Assembly (NCBI GenBank): GCA_049841015.1
Contig: JASGIN010000014.1
Span: forward strand, 517,148 to 581,147
Source: Nocardioides sp.
GTDB lineage: Bacteria; Actinomycetota; Actinomycetes; Propionibacteriales; Nocardioidaceae
DNA: 64,000 nt
Direction of reading: 5' to 3'
Shown: piece by piece, positions 9,326-18,352 of the stretch
How positions within the stretch are numbered: the first letter of the stretch is position 1
Layout of the letters: every line of letters begins with the position of its first letter
The notes under the pieces: model-generated
What the model saw: only the letters and a program-made list of their open reading frames with translations
What the model was told of the DNA's origin: nothing
The model's database searches: none
Translations under genes and position numbers: made by a program

Positions 9326-10081
9326 GTGGATCTCGAGGTAGCAGAGCGGGTGTACGTCGTCACCGGGGGTTCGCGCGGGCTCGGGCGGGCCACCGCCGAG
9401 GTCCTGGTCGCCGAGGGTGCGCGAGTGGTGGTGTCGAGTCGCTCGGAGGCGTCGCTGGAGGAGGTGCGGAGCGCCTGGGGTGACCAGGTGGCGACGGTGG
9501 TCGCCGACAACGCCGATCCCGAGACGCCCGGCCGCGTCATCGCGGCCGCCCACGACACCTGGGGGCGAGTCGACGGGGCGCTGATCAGCGTCGGAGGGCC
9601 ACCACGGGGAAGCGTGGCCAGTGCCACCGACGAGCAGTGGGCGGCGGCGTTCGACAGTGTCTTCCTGGGTGCGGTGCGGATGGCTCGCGAGCTGGTCGCC
9701 GTGCTGGGCGACGGTGGCTCGATCGCCTTCGTGCTCTCGACGAGCGTGCGGGCACCGCTGTCCACCATGGCCATCTCCAACGGCCTCCGGCCGGGGCTCG
9801 CGATGATCGCCAAGCAACTGGCCGACGAGGTCGGCCCCCGCGGGATCCGGGTCAACGGGCTCCTGCCGGCCAGGGTCGGCACGGAGCGGGTGGTGAGCCT
9901 CGACCAGGCTCACGAGGACCCGGCCGCCGCGCGCGCGGCGTCGGAGCGCAGCATCCCCCTGCGGCGCTACGGCGAGCCGGCCGAGTTCGGACGCGCCGCT
10001 GCGTTCCTGCTCTCACCCGCGGCGTCGTTCGTGACCGGCGTGATGCTGGCCGTCGACGGCGGGCTGTCCCGCGGCTACTGA
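9326..10081 (+). CDS. Short-chain dehydrogenase/reductase (SDR)
   Basis: VTGGSRGLG, RVNGLLP, PLRRYGEPAEFG, ASFVTG. Catalytic Tyr region is atypical (MAISNGLR). Confidence 0.88.
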   Translation: MDLEVAERVYVVTGGSRGLGRATAEVLVAEGARVVVSSRSEASLEEVRSAWGDQVATVVADNADPETPGRVIAAAHDTWGRVDGALISVGGPPRGSVASATDEQWAAAFDSVFLGAVRMARELVAVLGDGGSIAFVLSTSVRAPLSTMAISNGLRPGLAMIAKQLADEVGPRGIRVNGLLPARVGTERVVSLDQAHEDPAAARAASERSIPLRRYGEPAEFGRAAAFLLSPAASFVTGVMLAVDGGLSRGY

Positions 10082-10097
10082 GCCCGACGGGGGCTCG

Positions 10098-10226
10098 TCA
10101 GCGGCAGTCGACCGCGCGGGTCGGGATCGCGATCGCGACCGGGCGGTGGTCCCGCAGCCAGTCACCGATCCGCATGGCTCCGGTGATCACCACGAAGCCC
10201 AGCATCACCCACATGAATGCGTTCAT
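10098..10226 (-). CDS. Small 42-aa putative membrane protein, absent from the ORF track (MNAFMWVMLGFVVITGAMRIGDWLRDHRPVAIAIPTRAVDCR)
   Basis: ATG preceded by GGGGAG RBS, one hydrophobic N-terminal helix, GC-rich third positions, a hairpin at the junction with the convergent SDR gene. Confidence 0.6.
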   Translation of the reverse strand: MNAFMWVMLGFVVITGAMRIGDWLRDHRPVAIAIPTRAVDCR

Positions 10227-10401
10227 CTCAGTCTCCCCATTGACTGTCCTACCGGTGTTGGGGGCCCCGCTGGCTGCCCCCCAGTAGCCAGCGGAGCCGG
10301 TCCCCCGTTCGAGTTAAGGTTGGCTCAACCTGAACTATCTCCCCAAGGTTTTTCGGGAAATTGCCAGCGGACTGGCACATCTCTCGCCATACTTGTGTCA
10401 A

Positions 10402-10457
10402 CGGAGCCTCAAATCCCCCCTGAAGGCTCCGGGAGCCGCTACCCCCCCAACAGCGGC
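10402..10457 (+). ncRNA. 6C RNA (two hairpins with C-rich loops)
   Basis: cggagcct/aggctccg stem with a C6 loop, directly followed by a gccgct/agcggc stem with a C7 loop. CATACT -10 at 10388-10393 and a terminator downstream. Matches the actinobacterial 6C architecture (Rfam RF01066) by eye. Confidence 0.8.
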
Positions 10458-10462
10458 GCGAG

Positions 10463-10502
10463 GAACCCCCGGCGCACTCTGCGACCGGGGGTTCTCACTT
10501 TT
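10463..10502 (+). terminator. Intrinsic terminator of the 6C RNA
   Basis: gaacccccgg/ccgggggttc stem followed by tcactttt. Confidence 0.75.
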
Positions 10503-10579
10503 CCGTGTGCGACGTGGCTCAGCGGGGTACGGGGTCCAGCGTTGTCCGATTGCCCCGACCGCACCTGGGAGTTCTCACC

Positions 10580-10735
10580 ATGGGTTTCTTGCTCTGGATC
10601 CTCGCCGTCGTCCTCGTCATCGCAGGGATCGTGACCCTGTTCAAGGGGGGCGTGATCCTCGGGATCGTGCTGATCGTCGTCGGCTTCGCCGTCGGCCCCG
10701 GCGGATGGAGCGTGTTCAACCGCGGGAAGCGCTGA
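10580..10735 (+). CDS. GPGG-motif small membrane protein (51 aa)
   Basis: MGFLLWILAVVLVIAGIVTLFKGGVILGIVLIVVGFAVGPGGWSVF: two TM helices and a GPGG motif. GGGAG RBS. Confidence 0.8.
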   Translation: MGFLLWILAVVLVIAGIVTLFKGGVILGIVLIVVGFAVGPGGWSVFNRGKR

Positions 10736-10755
10736 GCCGTCTCGGCCGGGCTCGC

Positions 10756-12669
10756 TCAGCCCTTGCTGAGCGGGATCTGCCAGTCGAGCTGGACCGCCAC
10801 CGGGCCGTCGTACGTCGCGCCGGTGGCGGTGGCATGCCAGCCGCTGGGCAGCGCCCCGGTCGGTCGGTACCCGGACGGCCAGGTCACCCGCACGTGCAGC
10901 GTCTCGGGGACCACGAGGTCCTGCGGATCCACGCTCAGCTGGTAGACCAGCGAGCTGCTGGAGACGACCTGCGCCGCCTGCTCCCGGTAGTCGACGCCCA
11001 TGGTGCCGCTCTGGCCGCGCTGGAGTGTCAGCGTGCCTTCGAGGTACTTGCGGTTGCGCACACCCGCCACCTTCGGACGGTGGACGACCGCCTTGAGCGG
11101 CTTCCCGTCCAGCTCGGAGCCGGTGTACGTCGCGTGCCGGGGCAGGAAGACCCCGAGTCGCATCCCGAGGACCCGCGTGAAGTAGCCCGTGCCGGGATCC
11201 GGCTCGGTGCCGGTGTACGGCGGTGAGGCGTTCGTGACGGCGACCTGCAGGTGCACGCGCGCCGAGCCGTCGGCGTTCAGCTTCACCGTCGACGTGACGG
11301 CTCGGTGCTGCCAGTAGTCGACCTTGCTGCCGTTGAGGTTCTGGCTGAACACGCCGACGTAGTCGTACGGCGTGCCGCTCAGGTCGCCGGAGAGCCCCAC
11401 GCGCGCGAAGCGACGCTCGACGCTGTGGTTGCGGAAGTAGACGAAGAAGTGCCGGCCCTTGGCCGACGACACCAGGGCCTGGATCTTGGCCGACATGTGG
11501 CCGCCCTCGAGGAACTTCTTCCGGAACAGCGGCACCAGGGCGGCGTTCACCTGCCGGCGCGCCTCGATCGAGGGGAACCGGTCGTAGCTGCCCGCGAGCA
11601 CCTGGACGAGGTTCGCGGCGTCGACCTGCCCGGCCAGCGGCACCTGGACCGGCCCGGTGATGGAGAAGAGGCTGGCCAGGCCCTGGAGGTCGATCCCGAT
11701 CAGGCCGTCGAGACGGGGGCCGGGGAAGGCCTGGGCGTAGCCGCGCAGCAGCTCCTCCCCGGAGACCGACCACCACGGCGAGAAGGTGGCGCTGGTGACG
11801 CGCAGCGGCGCTCCAGCCTTGTGGAAGGTGTTCCCGGGGACCGGGGGCCAGCTCTGCGCCGCGCCCTGGGTGTTGAGGTCGTCGGCGTTCTCGGTCGTCC
11901 CGAAGTCCATCGCCCCGTGGTCCACGCGCAGGGTCGTGAAGGAGAGCGTGCCGCCGCCGGAGTAGCGCTGCTCGGACGGGTTGAGCATCGCGACGAGGTA
12001 GGTGCGCGGTCCGTCGGCCCCGACCAGCGACGGCAGCGCCTGCAGCAGCGGCACGTTGCGCTCGTAGCTGTCCTGCAGGGGCTGCAGGTAGTCCTGGGCC
12101 GTGGCGGTGGCGCGCGTGATCGAGCCTCCGACGAACGGCGTGGAGCCCTCGACCGCCGAGAGGTCCGAGAGCGCCTGGTCGAGGTGGGGGCCGAGTGCGG
12201 TCGTGCGGGCGGCGACGTCCTTGAGAACGGCCAGGTCGATCCGGTCGCCGTGCACGAGCGTCGCGGAGTCGCCCGAGACCATCGGGTAGATCTGGAGACC
12301 GATCTCGGCCACATCGGTGGTCTGGTCGAGGGCGTCGATCAGGCGGCGCTCGTCGTCGACAGCCGTCCCGGCGACCGGCACCGACGACCACACGCTCGCG
12401 CCGGTCCCGTGGGCGTCGCTGTGGGCCCGCGCGACGTGGGCCTGCGCCTGTCGGACGTAGGCCTGGGCGGTCGCGATGTCCTTGCGTGCCAGCGCCGCCT
12501 TGGCGCTCTTGAGGTCGTTCTGGGCTGCCTGGGCCTCGTGCTTGGCCGAGACGAGCGGGCGCGCCAGGAGGGCCAGCGCCACTCCGGCCACCACGACCAC
12601 GAGCAGCACGCCGAGCCCGATCAGGCGGCGTCGCCGACGGCGACGCACATTCACCCGGACGCGGACCAT
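10756..12669 (-). CDS. DUF4012 domain membrane-anchored extracytoplasmic protein
   Basis: Arg-rich N-terminus plus TM helix, helical region, MLNPSEQRYSGG (DUF4012-like NxAExRxxGG), NLNGSKVDYW. Start set at ATG 12669. Confidence 0.75.
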   Translation of the reverse strand: MVRVRVNVRRRRRRRLIGLGVLLVVVVAGVALALLARPLVSAKHEAQAAQNDLKSAKAALARKDIATAQAYVRQAQAHVARAHSDAHGTGASVWSSVPVAGTAVDDERRLIDALDQTTDVAEIGLQIYPMVSGDSATLVHGDRIDLAVLKDVAARTTALGPHLDQALSDLSAVEGSTPFVGGSITRATATAQDYLQPLQDSYERNVPLLQALPSLVGADGPRTYLVAMLNPSEQRYSGGGTLSFTTLRVDHGAMDFGTTENADDLNTQGAAQSWPPVPGNTFHKAGAPLRVTSATFSPWWSVSGEELLRGYAQAFPGPRLDGLIGIDLQGLASLFSITGPVQVPLAGQVDAANLVQVLAGSYDRFPSIEARRQVNAALVPLFRKKFLEGGHMSAKIQALVSSAKGRHFFVYFRNHSVERRFARVGLSGDLSGTPYDYVGVFSQNLNGSKVDYWQHRAVTSTVKLNADGSARVHLQVAVTNASPPYTGTEPDPGTGYFTRVLGMRLGVFLPRHATYTGSELDGKPLKAVVHRPKVAGVRNRKYLEGTLTLQRGQSGTMGVDYREQAAQVVSSSSLVYQLSVDPQDLVVPETLHVRVTWPSGYRPTGALPSGWHATATGATYDGPVAVQLDWQIPLSKG

Positions 12670-12817
12670 CCCGGGGTGACGGCTCGCGCTCTCGTCGTCG
12701 GACACGGGGACGAGTAAACAGGGTGCCTCCGGCTCACGGCGGGTAATGCGCGCGAAGTCGTGTCGGCGGCCTGGATACGATCGAGCGGTCCCTTCACCGC
12801 CAGACCCAGGAGCCGTC

Positions 12818-14806
12818 GTGTCCGACCCGTCCATCGTCCTCGTCCACGCCGGTGCGCGCGATGAGCGGACGGTCACGACGGGCACGAAGGCCTGGGAGCT
12901 GTACGCCGACCAGCCGGGCGTCATCGCCGCCCGGGTCGGGGGAGAGCTGCGCGACCTCGCCTACGAGCTCCGGGACGGCGACGAGGTCGAGCCGGTGGAG
13001 ATCGACAGCAAGGACGGCCGCGACATCCTCCGCCACTCCACCGCCCACGTGATGGCGCAGGCGGTCCAGCAGCTGTTCCCCGAGGCGAAGCTCGGGATCG
13101 GGCCCCCGGTCGAGAACGGCTTCTACTACGACTTCGACGTCGACACGCCCTTCGTGCCCGAGGACCTCGAGAAGATCGAGACCGCGATGCGCAAGATCAT
13201 CAAGGAGGGGCAGCGGTTCTCGCGGCGCCCGGTCGCGGACGCCGACGCCCTCCACGAGCTCGAGGACGAGCCGTACAAGATCGAGCTGATCGGGCTCAAG
13301 GGCGGCGGTCACGGCGAGGACGCCGCAGAGGGCGCGAGCGTCGAGGTCGGCGGTGGTGAGCTGACGATCTACGACAACCTCCGCCGCGACGGCGAGCTCG
13401 CCTGGAAGGACCTCTGCCGCGGGCCGCACCTGCCCACGACCAAGCGCATCCCGGCGTTCAAGCTGATGCGCACCGCCGCGGCGTACTGGCGGGGGAGCGA
13501 GAAGAACAAGCAGCTCCAGCGCATCTACGGCACCGCCTGGGAGAGCAAGGACGCACTCGCGGCGTACCTCCACCAGCTCGAGGAGGCCGAGAAGCGCGAC
13601 CACCGCAAGCTCGGCCGGGAGCTCGACCTCTACTCCTTCCCGGAGGAGCTCGGTCCCGGCCTGGTCGTGTTCCATCCCAAGGGCGGCGTGATCCGCCGGG
13701 TGATGGAGGACTACGTGCGGCAGCGGCACATCGAGGAGGGCTTCTCCTACGTCAGCACGCCGCACATCAGCAAGGACGGGCTGTTCCACACCTCGGGGCA
13801 CCTGCCCTACTACGCCGAGACCATGTATCCGCCGATGGAGCTCGAGGGCGCGAAGTACCAGCTCAAGGCGATGAGCTGTCCGCTGCACAACCTCATCTAC
13901 CAGTCGCGGGGCCGCTCCTACCGCGAGCTGCCACTGCGTCTGTTCGAGTTCGGCGGTGTCTACCGCTACGAGAAGAGCGGGGTCGTCGGCGGACTGACCC
14001 GTGTCCGTGGCATGACGCAGGACGACTCGCACTCCTACGTCACCCCCGAGCAGGCTCGCGACGAGATCAAGCACCTGCTCAACTTCTGCCTGGGTCTGAT
14101 GCGCGACTTCGGGCTCGAGGACTTCTACCTCGAGCTGTCGACGCGTGACGACCGGAACAAGGAGAAGTTCCAGGGCTCCGACGACGACTGGGTCACCGCC
14201 ACCGCGATCCTGCAGCAGGCGGCCGACGAGTCCGGGCTGGACCTCGTCGCCGACCCAGGCGGTGCGGCGTTCTACGGGCCGAAGATCTCGATCCAGGCCA
14301 AGGACGCGATCGGCCGCACCTGGCAGCTCTCGACGGTGCAATACGACTTCGGTCAGCCCGCGGGCTTCGGCCTGGAGTACGCCGCGGCCGACGGCTCCCA
14401 CCAGCAGCCGGTGATGATCCACTCGGCGAAGTTCGGCTCGATCGAGCGGTTCATCGGGGTCCTCGTGGAGCACTACGCCGGCGCGTTCCCGCCGTGGCTC
14501 TCGCCGGTGCAGGTGCAGGGCATCCCGATCGCCGAGCGCCATGCGGCGTACCTCGAGGACGTCGCGAAGCGGATGACCGCGCGCGGCCTGCGGGTCGAGA
14601 TCGACGACTCCGACGATCGGATGCAGAAGAAGATCCGCAACGCACAGCTGCAGAAGGTGCCGTTCATGGTGATCGCCGGCGACCAGGACATGGAGGCCGG
14701 CGCGGTGTCGTTCCGCTACCGCGACGGCCGCCAGGACAACGGCGTCCCGGTCGACGAGGCCATCGAGCGGGTCGCGGCAGCGGTCGCCTCGCGCGAGCAG
14801 GTGTGA
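12818..14806 (+). CDS. thrS: Threonine--tRNA ligase
   Basis: [35 protein letters not shown], motif 2 YRYEKSG, GSIERF. GTG 12818 after CAGGAG. Confidence 0.98.
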   Translation: MSDPSIVLVHAGARDERTVTTGTKAWELYADQPGVIAARVGGELRDLAYELRDGDEVEPVEIDSKDGRDILRHSTAHVMAQAVQQLFPEAKLGIGPPVENGFYYDFDVDTPFVPEDLEKIETAMRKIIKEGQRFSRRPVADADALHELEDEPYKIELIGLKGGGHGEDAAEGASVEVGGGELTIYDNLRRDGELAWKDLCRGPHLPTTKRIPAFKLMRTAAAYWRGSEKNKQLQRIYGTAWESKDALAAYLHQLEEAEKRDHRKLGRELDLYSFPEELGPGLVVFHPKGGVIRRVMEDYVRQRHIEEGFSYVSTPHISKDGLFHTSGHLPYYAETMYPPMELEGAKYQLKAMSCPLHNLIYQSRGRSYRELPLRLFEFGGVYRYEKSGVVGGLTRVRGMTQDDSHSYVTPEQARDEIKHLLNFCLGLMRDFGLEDFYLELSTRDDRNKEKFQGSDDDWVTATAILQQAADESGLDLVADPGGAAFYGPKISIQAKDAIGRTWQLSTVQYDFGQPAGFGLEYAAADGSHQQPVMIHSAKFGSIERFIGVLVEHYAGAFPPWLSPVQVQGIPIAERHAAYLEDVAKRMTARGLRVEIDDSDDRMQKKIRNAQLQKVPFMVIAGDQDMEAGAVSFRYRDGRQDNGVPVDEAIERVAAAVASREQV

Positions 14807-14815
14807 GGCGGGGCG

Positions 14816-15307
14816 TCAGTCGAGTCGCTTGGTGAACTTGCGGCACGGGGAGACGAAGTCCTCCCCGAGCGCGGTCACCGGGTAGTCGACGTCGCCCTGG
14901 TCGACCCAGCCCTGCTTGGCGTAGAACGCCTGGGCGCGGTCGTTGCCGCGCACGACCACCAGCCACGCCTCGGCGTACCCGGCGGCGGCGATGCGTCGCT
15001 CGGCTTCGGTGAGCAGGAGGGCGGCGACGCCCGTGCCGCGGAAGGCCCGCCCGGCGTACACCTGCTCGGCCTCGTCGCCGGACACCATGACGAACCCCGC
15101 GATCGTCCCGTCCACCTCGGCGACGGTCGTGTCGTCGGTCTCGGCCACCCGGTGCGTGACCCGCTCCAGGAAGGCATCCGGCGTACGCCGCGCGGTCAGG
15201 CCGTCCGGCACCCGCCCCGGGTGCGCGTCGTGCCACCCCTCGTGGAACAGCGCCGCGATGTCCTCGACGTCCGCCTCCGTCGCCGCCCGCAGCACTGCCT
15301 CCCTCAC
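14816..15307 (-). CDS. GNAT family N-acetyltransferase
   Basis: LRAATEAD at the N-terminus, acetyl-CoA loop RGTGVAALLL, NDRAQAFYAKQGW. TAGAGT -10 is 7 nt before GTG 15307. Confidence 0.85.
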   Translation of the reverse strand: MREAVLRAATEADVEDIAALFHEGWHDAHPGRVPDGLTARRTPDAFLERVTHRVAETDDTTVAEVDGTIAGFVMVSGDEAEQVYAGRAFRGTGVAALLLTEAERRIAAAGYAEAWLVVVRGNDRAQAFYAKQGWVDQGDVDYPVTALGEDFVSPCRKFTKRLD

Positions 15308-15314
15308 CCGGCTG

Positions 15315-15404
15315 ACTCTAGGGGTCGGTACTTCGCAGCGTTTCGCACCCCTTTCGGCCACAAAAGGGTGCCGAATGCTGCGAAGTATCGACCCTCCCTA
15401 GAGT
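15315..15404. repeat. Palindromic REP-like element, copy 1, with a TAGAGT -10 box at each end facing outward
   Basis: Left arm actctaggggtcggtacttcgcagc is almost the exact reverse complement of right arm gctgcgaagtatcgaccctccctagagt. Core shared with the copies at 31410 and 32586. Confidence 0.85.
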
Positions 15405-15411
15405 GGCGGGC

Positions 15412-15957
15412 ATGGAGCCCGTGAAGCAGGACGGCGTCGGCGAGCCGGACGGGCTGGAGCGGCTGTGGACCCCGTATCGCATGGCCTACCTGCGCGGGGA
15501 GAACAAGCCGGCCGACCACAGCTCGGGGGAGTGCCCGTTCTGCCGCATCCCGCGGGCAGGCGACGACGAGGGCCTGCTGGTCGTACGTCGCGGGGAGACG
15601 GCGTACGCCGTGCTCAACCTCTACCCGTACGCCGCCGGCCACCTCATGGTCTGCCCCTACCGGCACGTGGCCGACTACACCGACACCACCGTCGCGGAGG
15701 CGGCCGAGATCGCGGCGCTGACCAAGGCGGCCGTGCGCACCCTTCGGGCGGTCTCGAACGCCGAGGGGTTCAACATCGGCATGAACCAGGGTGTGGCCGG
15801 GGGAGCGGGCATCGCCGCCCACCTGCACCAGCACGTCGTACCCCGGTGGGTCGGGGACCAGAACTTCATGCCGATCATCGGCCACACCAAGACCCTGCCC
15901 GAGCTGCTCCAGGACACCCGGCAGCTTCTCGCCGATGCCTGGTCGACCGACGCCTGA
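15412..15957 (+). CDS. HIT family protein (Ap4A phosphorylase-like)
   Basis: RLWTPYRMAY, CPFC, LNLYPYAAGHLMV, AHLHQHVVPRW. Conserved position after thrS. Confidence 0.92.
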   Translation: MEPVKQDGVGEPDGLERLWTPYRMAYLRGENKPADHSSGECPFCRIPRAGDDEGLLVVRRGETAYAVLNLYPYAAGHLMVCPYRHVADYTDTTVAEAAEIAALTKAAVRTLRAVSNAEGFNIGMNQGVAGGAGIAAHLHQHVVPRWVGDQNFMPIIGHTKTLPELLQDTRQLLADAWSTDA

Positions 15958-15976
15958 CCGCTACCCTGCTCCCGCC

Positions 15977-16618
15977 ATGCTCGAACGCTTCCGCCAGTTC
16001 TGGACCAACGTCTGGGCACCCCTGGGCAACCTCCTCCTCCGGATGGGGGTCAGCCCGAACGCCGTCACCCTGGTCGGCACGCTCGGCGTCTGCGCCGGTG
16101 CGCTGATCTGCTTCCCGCAGGGCTGGCTGCTCGCCGGCGTCCTCGTGATCACGGCCTTCGTGTTCAGCGACATGATCGACGGCTACATGGCCCGGACCAG
16201 CGGCCAGACCTCGCCGTTCGGCGCCTTCCTCGACTCGACCCTCGACCGCGTCGGCGATGCCGCCATCTTCGGCGGGATCGCGCTGTACTACGTCGGGCCG
16301 GGCGACAGCGAGTGGAAGGCCGCGCTGGCGCTCTACTGCCTCGGGATGGGCTCGGTGACGTCGTACGCCCGGGCGCGTGCGGAGTCCCTCGGGATGCAGG
16401 CGAAGGTCGGCATCGCCGAGCGCTCCGACCGGCTCGTGTCGATCCTCGTGATGACCGGCCTGGCCGACCTGCTGCGGCACCTCGGGGTGGACGACGGCGT
16501 GATGTGGCTGATCCCGGTGACCCTGGCCGTGCTCGCGGTCGCGAGCACGGTGACGGTCGTCCAGCGGATCCTCGTCGTCCGCCAGCAGGCACTCGGTCTC
16601 ACGCCACCCACCGAATAG
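15977..16618 (+). CDS. pgsA: Phosphatidylinositol phosphate synthase (CDP-alcohol phosphatidyltransferase)
   Basis: SPNAVT, DMIDGYMAR...GAFLDSTLDRVGD, SYARARAE. Usual actinobacterial position. Confidence 0.9.
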   Translation: MLERFRQFWTNVWAPLGNLLLRMGVSPNAVTLVGTLGVCAGALICFPQGWLLAGVLVITAFVFSDMIDGYMARTSGQTSPFGAFLDSTLDRVGDAAIFGGIALYYVGPGDSEWKAALALYCLGMGSVTSYARARAESLGMQAKVGIAERSDRLVSILVMTGLADLLRHLGVDDGVMWLIPVTLAVLAVASTVTVVQRILVVRQQALGLTPPTE

Positions 16619-16651
16619 GGGTGAACGGCGAGTCAGCCGTACGATCGGGGT

Positions 16652-17572
16652 ATGGCTGAGAGCACCACCGAGACCACCTCCACGGCGACCCAGGGCACCG
16701 GCACCACCCGTGTGAAGCGGGGCATGGCCGAGATGCTCAAGGGCGGTGTGATCATGGACGTCGTCACCGCCGAGCAGGCGAAGATCGCCGAGGACGCCGG
16801 CGCCGTCGCGGTGATGGCGCTCGAGCGGGTGCCCGCCGACATCCGCGCCCAGGGCGGGGTCTCCCGCATGAGCGACCCGGACATGATCGACGGCATCATC
16901 GAGGCGGTCTCGATCCCGGTGATGGCCAAGGCCCGGATCGGCCACTTCGCCGAGGCGCAGGTGCTGCAGAGCCTCGGTGTCGACTACATCGACGAGTCCG
17001 AGGTGCTGACTCCCGCGGACTACGCCAACCACATCGACAAATGGCACTTCACCGTGCCGTTCGTCTGCGGGGCGACCAACCTCGGAGAGGCACTGCGCCG
17101 GATCACCGAGGGCGCGGCCATGATCCGCTCCAAGGGCGAGGCCGGCACCGGCGACGTCTCCAACGCCGTGACCCACATGCGGACCATCGGCGGCGAGCTG
17201 CGTCGGCTGACCTCGCTGAGCGAGGACGAGCTGTACGTCGCCGCCAAGGAGCTGCAGGCGCCGTACGACCTGGTCCGCGAGGTCGCCTCCGCCGGCAAGC
17301 TGCCGGTCGTGCTCTTCACCGCGGGCGGCATCGCGACGCCTGCCGACGCGGCGATGATGATGCAGCTGGGTGCCGAGGGCGTGTTCGTCGGCTCGGGGAT
17401 CTTCAAGTCCGGGAACCCCGCGCAGCGCGCGGAGGCGATCGTCAAGGCCACGACGTTCTACGACGACCCGGACGTCGTCGCGAAGGTGAGCCGCGGCCTG
17501 GGCGAGGCGATGGTCGGCATCAACGTCGACGAGATCCCGCAGCCGCACCGGCTGGCCGAGCGCGGCTGGTAG
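16652..17572 (+). CDS. pdxS: Pyridoxal 5'-phosphate synthase lyase subunit
   Basis: [46 protein letters not shown]. Confidence 0.98.
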   Translation: MAESTTETTSTATQGTGTTRVKRGMAEMLKGGVIMDVVTAEQAKIAEDAGAVAVMALERVPADIRAQGGVSRMSDPDMIDGIIEAVSIPVMAKARIGHFAEAQVLQSLGVDYIDESEVLTPADYANHIDKWHFTVPFVCGATNLGEALRRITEGAAMIRSKGEAGTGDVSNAVTHMRTIGGELRRLTSLSEDELYVAAKELQAPYDLVREVASAGKLPVVLFTAGGIATPADAAMMMQLGAEGVFVGSGIFKSGNPAQRAEAIVKATTFYDDPDVVAKVSRGLGEAMVGINVDEIPQPHRLAERGW

Positions 17573-17591
17573 AGCCCCTGGCCCGGGGGCT
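17573..17591 (+). terminator. GC-rich hairpin directly after the pdxS stop
   Basis: agcccc/ggggct stem with no U-tract. Confidence 0.4.
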
Positions 17592-17706
17592 GTCCGGGCA
17601 CGATGACAGCGATTGACTCGGATCTGTCACTCAAATGACTTAACATTCCCTTGAGGGAACACGCACCTGGCCGCCGGCCAGTTTCTCAAGCGAAGGAATG
17701 TTTGCG

Positions 17707-18352
17707 ATGCCACGCACCATCTCGGGTCGCTCGGCAGACCGCAAGACCATCTGGTGGTGGGCGGGCGGTCTGGTGGCCGCCGTCGTCCTCGTGCTCGGGG
17801 TCAGCGGCACGCTGTCGAGCTGGACCAGCGCGATCATCACCAACGACAACAACACCACGTCCTTGACCGAGGCGATGCGTCTGGTCGAGACCGACGGCAC
17901 CGTGACGTGTGACACCGGCACGTCGGACACCAACACCGTCACGTGCTCCGACATCAACAAGTACGGCGGCACCAGCACGCCGCTGGCGCCCGGCGACGCC
18001 CACCACGTGACGGTCACGCTGACCAACCGCGGCACGGGCACGGGCGACCTGACCCTGTCGTCGGAGAGCTGCCAGAGCAGCCTGGTCGACCCCGCCGACG
18101 GGTGACGCCAGCGCGGATGCGTGCGAGATCGTCACCGTGCACGTCGCGTGCACCACCAGCGACGACCACACGTTCGACAGCGGCACCAGCTCGCTGGCGA
18201 CGTCCACCGGTGGCGACGTCGGCAGCCTGGCGCCCGACGCCTCGGCCTCGTGCACGTTCGACGTCGGCCTTCCCGCCAACGCTCCGACGGAGTACGCCGG
18301 CCACCAGGCCTCGCAGGTGCTCCGCTGGACCCTCACCGACGAGCCCGCGTGA
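17707..18352 (+). CDS. SipW-class exported, TasA-like subunit A; +1 frameshift as sequenced (GGG at 18100-18102), about 214 aa if corrected
   Basis: Signal peptide ending GVSGTLS-SWT. Both halves (17707-18105 and 18101-18352) align to the paralogue downstream (AIITN.NNT, C-x10-C, INKYGGT..PL.PG, CxF.VGL, WTLT). Confidence 0.7.

Noticed and set aside
1365-9913. Long minus-strand and alternative-frame ORFs (1365-3755, 4634-6670, 7373-9913 extension and similar ones across the window)
   Set aside because: Arg/Pro/Gly-rich translations typical of off-frame reading in GC-rich DNA; each overlaps a recognised gene.
15977-16652. pgsA followed directly by pdxS, without the acyltransferase and pimA genes seen in mycobacteria
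   Set aside because: Probably a lineage-level difference in PIM synthesis; I cannot call it unusual without comparative data.
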